From Candidatus Woesearchaeota archaeon (GTDB taxonomy: Archaea; Nanobdellota; Nanobdellia; Woesearchaeales; JAADFO01), in contig JAFGPE010000101.1 in the NCBI GenBank assembly GCA_016926055.1, positions 1 through 41,411 on the forward strand: a DNA stretch of 41,411 nt, given 5' to 3'. This document shows, piece by piece, positions 34,893-41,411 of the stretch. Every line of letters starts with the position of its first letter. Positions within the stretch are counted from its first letter, which is position 1. Both the position numbers and the translations under genes were made by a program. Below the pieces are notes generated by a model. The model had not been told where the DNA came from. It saw only the letters and a program-made list of their open reading frames with translations, and made no database searches.

Positions 34893-35159
34893 ATGCAATC
34901 AGACTTTGAGAAAAAATCGAGGTATTTCAAGGCACTTTCTGAGCCGGTGCGGCTGAAGATTTTGGATTACCTGTTGAAGCGCAGGGAGTGTTCCTGTATC
35001 TGCCATCTCTCAAAGGCCCTGAATAAGCACGAGTCAGTCATACTTCGGCACATCCAGCAGCTAAAGTCAGCTGGAATTGTTAATACAAGAAAGAATGAGA
35101 GATTCCTTTTTTGCTGTGTAGGCGATAAGGACAAGATAAAAAGACTACTGGAGGAATAA
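34893..35159 (+). CDS. ArsR/SmtB-family metalloregulator
   Basis: 'LSEPVRLKILDYL' wHTH and the alpha3 Cys site 'ECSCICHL' (compare ELCVCDL of ArsR). Confidence 0.8.
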   Translation: MQSDFEKKSRYFKALSEPVRLKILDYLLKRRECSCICHLSKALNKHESVILRHIQQLKSAGIVNTRKNERFLFCCVGDKDKIKRLLEE

Positions 35160-35161
35160 TT

Positions 35162-35278
35162 ATGGTGAAGAAGAAGGGTTTTATTGGAAAACTTCTTGAC
35201 AATCTGGATAAGAAGATGGAACAGAAAGCGAGAGCCGGGAAATGCTGTTGCTGTGATGATGGATGCTCAAAGAAATAA
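35162..35278 (+). CDS. unannotated 38-aa Cys-rich peptide 'MVKKKGFIGKLLDNLDKKMEQKARAGKCCCCDDGCSKK'
   Basis: GGAGGA 6-7 nt upstream. Starts 3 nt after the arsR-like stop. Its 3' end overlaps the permease start by 16 nt. Below the ORF-track length cut-off. Confidence 0.4.
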   Translation: MVKKKGFIGKLLDNLDKKMEQKARAGKCCCCDDGCSKK

Positions 35279-36216
35279 TAGAGTTTTTTGTTTACTCGAT
35301 TTTGAGATTAGATCCCGGGGTTGGCGAAATACTCAGTTTTTTCCTCTATGACTCGATAAAAATACTTCTTCTGCTTTTTACAATGATATCTGTCATTGGT
35401 TTCCTGAGAAGCTATATTCCGCCAGACAAGGTAAAGAGATTTCTTAGCGGAAAAAGGCTCGGTTTTGGAAATCTATTGGCATCGCTCTTTGGGGCAGTTA
35501 CCCCTTTTTGCACATGCTCCTCAATTCCGATTTTTCTCGGTTTCCTTGAAGCAGGAGTTCCTCTTGGAATAACGTTCTCATTTTTGATAACTTCACCAAT
35601 AATCAATGAATACCTTGTTGTCCTTATGCTTGGCTTTTTCGGCTGGAAAATTGCGCTAGCTTATGTCCTTAGCGGTGTAATCATAGGAGTCATATCAGGA
35701 TTAATGCTTGGAAGGATGAATCTTGAAAGATATCTTGTCAGGGACTTGGATTTCATGGGAATTGAGAAGGAAAAATCAAGATTCAGAACAGTGAAAGACA
35801 GGATTATTTTCGGCTTTAATGAGTCGAAATCAATTGTAAAAAAGCTCTGGCTCTGGGTTCTTCTGGGTGTTGCAGTTGGCGCAGTAATCCACAACTATGT
35901 TCCGCAGGAATTTATCCAGAAAGCGATAAGTGCTACAGGGCTTTTTGGAGTTCCCATCGCAGTTCTGCTCGGTGTTCCAATGTACGGAAGTTGTGCAGCG
36001 ATCGTGCCGATAGCGGTTGTTCTTTTTCAGAAAGGTGTTCCATTGGGAACAGCGCTTTCATTCATGATGGCAATATCCTCATTAAGCCTTCCAGAGGCAA
36101 TAATACTCAGAAGGGCAATGAAATTAAAGCTCATCGCAATCTTCTTCGTGATTGTGTCCATTGGAATAATCCTAACAGGATATTTGTTCAATGAGTTACA
36201 GGCAGTATTGGCCTAG
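35263..36216 (+). CDS. COG0701/ArsP-like permease
   Basis: Polytopic membrane protein with the 'VTPFCTCSSIPIF' vicinal-Cys motif typical of this permease family. Confidence 0.7.
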   Translation: MLKEIIEFFVYSILRLDPGVGEILSFFLYDSIKILLLLFTMISVIGFLRSYIPPDKVKRFLSGKRLGFGNLLASLFGAVTPFCTCSSIPIFLGFLEAGVPLGITFSFLITSPIINEYLVVLMLGFFGWKIALAYVLSGVIIGVISGLMLGRMNLERYLVRDLDFMGIEKEKSRFRTVKDRIIFGFNESKSIVKKLWLWVLLGVAVGAVIHNYVPQEFIQKAISATGLFGVPIAVLLGVPMYGSCAAIVPIAVVLFQKGVPLGTALSFMMAISSLSLPEAIILRRAMKLKLIAIFFVIVSIGIILTGYLFNELQAVLA

Positions 36217-37437
<1,221 letters not shown>

Positions 37438-37441
37438 GACA

Positions 37442-38200
37442 TTACCATACATGCATAAACTCAATGCGTATCTGCGTGTAAAAGGATAATGAATATCTTT
37501 CTTGCTTTTTAACGTTTGCAGTCCCCAACTTATAATGACCAGTTGCGCACAGATTTGCAATAGTATCTCCTTCTGAAATTATTTCTTTAATGTAATCAGG
37601 ATTCCATACTCTGATGTCAAATTTCTCATAGTTCAGCTTTTTAAGGTTACTAATTATTTTTTTCTTTTGCTCCTCCTCTCCAAGAGCATATTCTACAATC
37701 TTTTTATCCTCCCCCTCCACATATTCAAGTTCATTTATTTTAAACTCAAGATTTGCATATCTGCCAGGAGGGGTTTCAAACGGCTTTACTCGTGTTTTTG
37801 ACAGGTTTATCCTGACTGCTCCTTCAGCTTTCTTTATCCGCTCAGCTTCATCCTGAGTGGGGGAATAATTACCAAACATATGGAATGCATTGGTTGCTTC
37901 ATAAATGTTTTTGAAGATTGGATTATTTTCTCCTCCTTTCAGGAGATATAGGAATACCTCCCCTCTTTGAATAGAATAAAGTGCAGTGTCTGCTGCGAGA
38001 TAAGCTTCACCCTCTCCTGATGTTTTTTTGGAAATTTTGTTATCTTCAAGTTTTCTTGGAATAAGTTCAATAGTATTAAAGAAGGCATTCCAGTATTTAA
38101 ACTGATTATTTTCTACTAAACTATCTTCAAGATAATAACAATTAGTTGCGGTAATCGTTTGTTTGTTATCCGGCATGAAAACCAAATAAATAGGCGCCAT
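37442..38200 (-). CDS. hypothetical protein, no recognisable domain
   Basis: 252-aa ORF with normal composition. The alternative start ATG 38176 would place 'tttataaa' (38200-38207) 27 nt upstream. Confidence 0.5.
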   Translation of the reverse strand: MAPIYLVFMPDNKQTITATNCYYLEDSLVENNQFKYWNAFFNTIELIPRKLEDNKISKKTSGEGEAYLAADTALYSIQRGEVFLYLLKGGENNPIFKNIYEATNAFHMFGNYSPTQDEAERIKKAEGAVRINLSKTRVKPFETPPGRYANLEFKINELEYVEGEDKKIVEYALGEEEQKKKIISNLKKLNYEKFDIRVWNPDYIKEIISEGDTIANLCATGHYKLGTANVKKQERYSLSFYTQIRIEFMHVW

Positions 38201-38365
38201 TTATAAATCCTTTGATTAGTTACTACTTAAAAAAAGTAATAGCTTTTGCAGAAATCAATTGAATACGATAGTTATCCTTGTTCATTCCTCGTGAAAATAA
38301 TAATCCCCTGGGTGTCGATTCTGAACCTCTTAGCAAGGCATCTCAACCACTGCAAAAAACAGAAA

Positions 38366-38377
38366 CTATAAATATTT
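38366..38377 (+). promoter_or_regulatory. TATA-like box for the receiver gene
   Basis: 'ctataaatattt' centred 27 nt upstream of GTG 38398. Confidence 0.35.
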
Positions 38378-38397
38378 CTTTTGACAACAAACTCAGG

Positions 38398-38766
38398 GTG
38401 CCAAAAAGAATAATGATAGTGGATGATGAAAAGAATCTAAGAGAGCTGGTTAAGGCAATTTTTAATGCGGAAGGGATTGTTGTCATCGAGGCCGATTCTG
38501 GAAAGGAATGCCTTAAGATGCTTAAAACAGAAAAGCCTGACTTAATATTGATGGACATAATGATGCCTAGGCTAAGCGGAATAGAGACGATAAAGAAAAT
38601 AAGGAAAAACCCGAAGACAAAGAGGATGAAGATAATCTTTCTGACAGTCATGAAAACAACAGAGACGGCAAAGAGCGAATTAAGCAAGCTGAATGTTCTT
38701 GATTATATAGTAAAGCCCTTTAACATTGATGATCTGGTCAAGAGAGTTAAGACTTTTCTTTCCTGA
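38398..38766 (+). CDS. stand-alone CheY-like receiver domain protein
   Basis: 'IMIVDDE', phospho-acceptor 'LILMDIMMP', 'FLTV', 'IVKPF'. Start is GTG 38398 (TATA rule) or ATG 38413. The track TTG 38278 is unlikely. Confidence 0.85.
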   Translation: MPKRIMIVDDEKNLRELVKAIFNAEGIVVIEADSGKECLKMLKTEKPDLILMDIMMPRLSGIETIKKIRKNPKTKRMKIIFLTVMKTTETAKSELSKLNVLDYIVKPFNIDDLVKRVKTFLS

Positions 38767-38777
38767 TTTTCCAATAA

Positions 38778-38786
38778 CTATTTAAT
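38778..38786 (+). promoter_or_regulatory. TATA-like box for 38810..40341
   Basis: 'ctatttaat' centred 28 nt upstream of ATG 38810. Confidence 0.3.
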
Positions 38787-38809
38787 CCCTTATTGAACTC
38801 TTTTCTTTC

Positions 38810-39655
38810 ATGGAAAGATTCCGGGATCTGGCATTGCCACCTGAACTGAAAAAGCCATTGGCTGAAATAAAGGAAGAACTAAAGGAATTAATTATCGCTT
38901 CGATAAAGAAGAATACATCTAAGAAAAAATTCGGAATTCTATTTTCTGGAGGAATAGACTCCACAGTAATTGCATTTATTTGCAAGAGGCTTTGTTGTGA
39001 TTTTATTTGCTGTACTGCAAGTCTGGAAGAAGATGGCTTAAAGCCCGCAGAAGACCTCATATATGCAGAAAAGGTTTCAAGGAAACTTGGATTTGAATTA
39101 AAAACTATAAAGGTAAAATTAGATGATGTCGAAGAAATCATTAAGGAAATAATCAGAATAACCGATTCATCGAACGTTGTGACTGTTGGAGTTGCTCTTC
39201 CCTTGTACCTTGCAATGAAAGAGGCAAGGAAAGTTGGCTGCGATGTTGTTTTCTCAGGGCTTGGCTCGGAAGAGATATTTGCCGGATATGAGCGGCACAG
39301 GAAAAGCAAGGACATCAATGAGGAATGCGTCAACGGATTAAAGAACATCCATGAAAAAGACATTTCAAGGGACCTTGCGTTGGCCGAGCATTTCGGAATT
39401 GAAGTAAAAATTCCTTTTTTGGATAACGAGCTGGTCGAATACTCTCTTAAAATTCCTGCAAAATACAAGATGGATGACAAACACTCCAAGTTAATACTGA
39501 GAATGGTTGCGTCTGACCTTGGAATCCCGGATGAATTCGCCTACAGGAAAAAGAAGGCTGCTCAGTATGGAAGCAATTTCGACAAGGCAATAGCTAAGCT
39601 GGCGAAGAAAAACGGTTATAGATATAAATCACAATATCTGACGGGGTTAAGATGA
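38810..39655 (+). CDS. asparagine synthetase B C-terminal (synthetase/PP-loop) domain protein lacking a glutaminase domain
   Basis: 'GILFSGGIDSTV' PP-loop and 'VVFSGLGSEEIFAGY'. Confidence 0.7.
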   Translation: MERFRDLALPPELKKPLAEIKEELKELIIASIKKNTSKKKFGILFSGGIDSTVIAFICKRLCCDFICCTASLEEDGLKPAEDLIYAEKVSRKLGFELKTIKVKLDDVEEIIKEIIRITDSSNVVTVGVALPLYLAMKEARKVGCDVVFSGLGSEEIFAGYERHRKSKDINEECVNGLKNIHEKDISRDLALAEHFGIEVKIPFLDNELVEYSLKIPAKYKMDDKHSKLILRMVASDLGIPDEFAYRKKKAAQYGSNFDKAIAKLAKKNGYRYKSQYLTGLR

Positions 39656-40341
39656 AACTAGGAGTTTTGTCGAGCGGCGGGAAAGACGGATTATATTCTG
39701 CATACGTCATGAAGAAACAGAACTATGAGCTTTCCTGCATAATCTCAATAAAAAGCAGGAATCCTGATTCGTTCATGTTTCACACACCAAATATTCATTT
39801 GTCAGAGCTTCAGGCAGAGGCAATGGGATTGCCAATTCTGGTGCAGGAGACAGCGGGCGAAAAGGAAGAAGAGCTAACCGATTTAACCAAGGCAATAGAA
39901 AAAGCAAAAAAAGATTTTCACATAGAGGGCATTGTTGTGGGCGCAATCTTTTCAAACTATCAGCGCGAAAGAGTTGAGAAAGTCTGTGACAAATTCGGGC
40001 TTAAGATTTTTGCTCCATTGTGGCACAAGAGCCAAGAGGATTACATAAGGGAGCTAATTAAGAACGATTTCAGGGTAATAATAACTGCAATCGCTGCTGA
40101 GGGTTTGGACAGGAGCTTTCTCGGAAAGGAAATAGATGAAAATTTAATAAAAGAATTAATTATCATTAATAAGAAAAATAAAATGAATCTTGCCGGCGAG
40201 GGCGGCGAGTATGAAAGCCTTGTCCTTGACTGTCCTTTGTTCAAAAAGAAGATAATTGTAGAGAAAGCTGAAATCCTTACTGAAAATGCCTTCACGGGAA
40301 GATTCATAATCCAGAAAGCTCTTCTCGATAAATCGAAATAA
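39652..40341 (+). CDS. dph6: diphthine-ammonia ligase-like PP-loop ATPase (MJ0570/Dph6 family)
   Basis: 'LGVLSSGGKDGLY' and 'AGEGGEYESLVLDCPLF'. Collinear with MJ0570 as I remember it. ATGA overlap with the upstream gene. Confidence 0.75.
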   Translation: MKLGVLSSGGKDGLYSAYVMKKQNYELSCIISIKSRNPDSFMFHTPNIHLSELQAEAMGLPILVQETAGEKEEELTDLTKAIEKAKKDFHIEGIVVGAIFSNYQRERVEKVCDKFGLKIFAPLWHKSQEDYIRELIKNDFRVIITAIAAEGLDRSFLGKEIDENLIKELIIINKKNKMNLAGEGGEYESLVLDCPLFKKKIIVEKAEILTENAFTGRFIIQKALLDKSK

Positions 40342-41404
40342 ACTTTTTTTCAATCTTTTCCGTCATCGTCTTGCTTTTGTAGATTTTGAAAAACTTCTTA
40401 TAAAGATAATCTTCCTTTTCCTTTGCCGTGTCAAGAAACCTTTCTTTGAACAAATCAATGAGGTAGCCTTTCGTTTTATTCCTGTATGCCATATAGAACG
40501 CCAGCAACTGCTCCTCCTTTGACTCAATGCTCTTCTCGTAGCAGTCCACTTCATTTCCATCAAACAGTGTGTAAAGCTTTTTGTGTTTCTTGTCGAGAAG
40601 TTTTCTTTTTAATCCAACATTTCCTATGTCAAAGCCGAATGCGAGCATTAGCAATGACAGTCTTGCACATTTTGAGCAGTTATGGCACCACCTTTTTTCA
40701 TCTGATGCATCAAGACAGTCGCACGACACTTCATACTTTGCAAAATCAGGATACCTCGAATTAAGAATTTTAACAATTGCAGGATTCGTCAATGGCTCGA
40801 TAAGGCTTATCACTTTTCCGCCAATCATCTTGTTTATCATGGAGTCCTGCTTCTTCATCCAGATTGTTGTTTGGTCATAACTCGGGTATGTTTTTACACC
40901 GTCTTTGTTTACATAGGAGAAATTCATGTCCTGTTCATTTCCCGGAATAAAATATCTCGCATTGTAGAAGTGCATTAGCGGTAGTGATATGAAGGAAAAG
41001 CCGGTGAGCATGTGGGTATATCCGAGACAGGTTTCATTCTTGCCCCAGGTTTCAAAATCATTCAGCTGTTCAACCTCATTTCTAATCTGGACAAGAGGAA
41101 TGTTATGTTCCTTGCAAACTTTCTTTGTGTGCTCTAGTTTAATCCTGTTTTCAGACGGCGAAACCGTGTCGTTGATATAAACCGCGGCAGGATTCAACCC
41201 TGTTTCATTCGATACAGCGAGAGTCAACAGGCTGTCCTTCCCGCAGGAGAAAGGTATGACTGCTTTTTCAGAAAGATTTTCTCTGTACCTGGGAGATTTT
41301 ACCTTATTGTCGTAAAAGAAATATTCTATTCTTTTAAATCTCTTAACAACGCTGTCGGTAGACTCGTTATAATCCTCCGTCGCATGGGGGATGCTTTTTA
41401 TCAC
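40304..41404 (-). CDS. PP-loop (adenine nucleotide alpha-hydrolase) superfamily protein with a QueC-like Cys cluster; 5' end may lie beyond the window
   Basis: 'VIPFSCGKDSLL' and 'SCDC-x9-CHNCSKCARL'. The track start 41404 is GTG, and the frame stays open to the window edge. Confidence 0.55.
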   Translation of the reverse strand: MIKSIPHATEDYNESTDSVVKRFKRIEYFFYDNKVKSPRYRENLSEKAVIPFSCGKDSLLTLAVSNETGLNPAAVYINDTVSPSENRIKLEHTKKVCKEHNIPLVQIRNEVEQLNDFETWGKNETCLGYTHMLTGFSFISLPLMHFYNARYFIPGNEQDMNFSYVNKDGVKTYPSYDQTTIWMKKQDSMINKMIGGKVISLIEPLTNPAIVKILNSRYPDFAKYEVSCDCLDASDEKRWCHNCSKCARLSLLMLAFGFDIGNVGLKRKLLDKKHKKLYTLFDGNEVDCYEKSIESKEEQLLAFYMAYRNKTKGYLIDLFKERFLDTAKEKEDYLYKKFFKIYKSKTMTEKIEKKFISIYREELSGL

Positions 41405-41411
41405 AACCTCC

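Noticed and set aside
38782-39489. 235-aa ORF on the minus strand
   Set aside because: It is antisense to a gene with a clear PP-loop and AsnB-type motifs. Its translation is Ser/Phe/Ile-rich low complexity, typical of the shadow frame of an AT-rich gene.

Overview
AT-rich, very gene-dense 41.4-kb window with about 45 protein genes. I see no rRNA, tRNA, CRISPR array or transposase. Several signals suggest a small-genome archaeon (DPANN-like): frequent start/stop overlaps, five tail-to-tail gene overlaps, and TATA-like octamers centred about 25-30 nt upstream of the first start codon of nearly every transcription unit. A Dph6 (diphthine-ammonia ligase) homologue agrees with this. The Tgt is of the bacterial/eukaryotic type, so a CPR-type bacterium cannot be excluded from this window alone. 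Positions ~770-32,470 form one large cell-envelope glycan / head-group island. It holds a PglF/CapD-type 4,6-dehydratase, two DegT-family aminotransferases, two Wzx-like flippases and five GT4 glycosyltransferases. It also holds a GT2 polyprenyl-phosphate-sugar synthase paired with a GT-C membrane transferase, RfbF plus a 4,6-dehydratase-like SDR, a TviB-like UDP-sugar dehydrogenase, a PIG-L deacetylase and five class I methyltransferases. Two parts of the island are unusual. (i) Three B12-binding (class B) radical SAM paralogues are present. (ii) A PhnD-PhnC-PhnE phosphonate-type ABC importer is translationally coupled into an operon with three nucleotidyl/cytidylyltransferases and a methyltransferase. 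That operon is convergent with a CDP-alcohol phosphatidyltransferase, and the window has no PEP mutase, C-P lyase, phosphonatase or kinase. I read (ii) as a candidate 'import - cytidylylate - attach' pathway for phosphonate-type head groups, possibly tailored by the radical SAM enzymes. This is inference only. The right-hand 9 kb carries an RNA-methyltransferase-like gene, a U32 peptidase-family gene and an ArsR / 38-aa Cys-rich peptide / ArsP-like permease unit. It also carries tgt, an orphan 252-aa protein, a stand-alone receiver domain and three adjacent PP-loop ATP-pyrophosphatase genes. All functional calls rest on motifs I recognise by eye. No database search was run.
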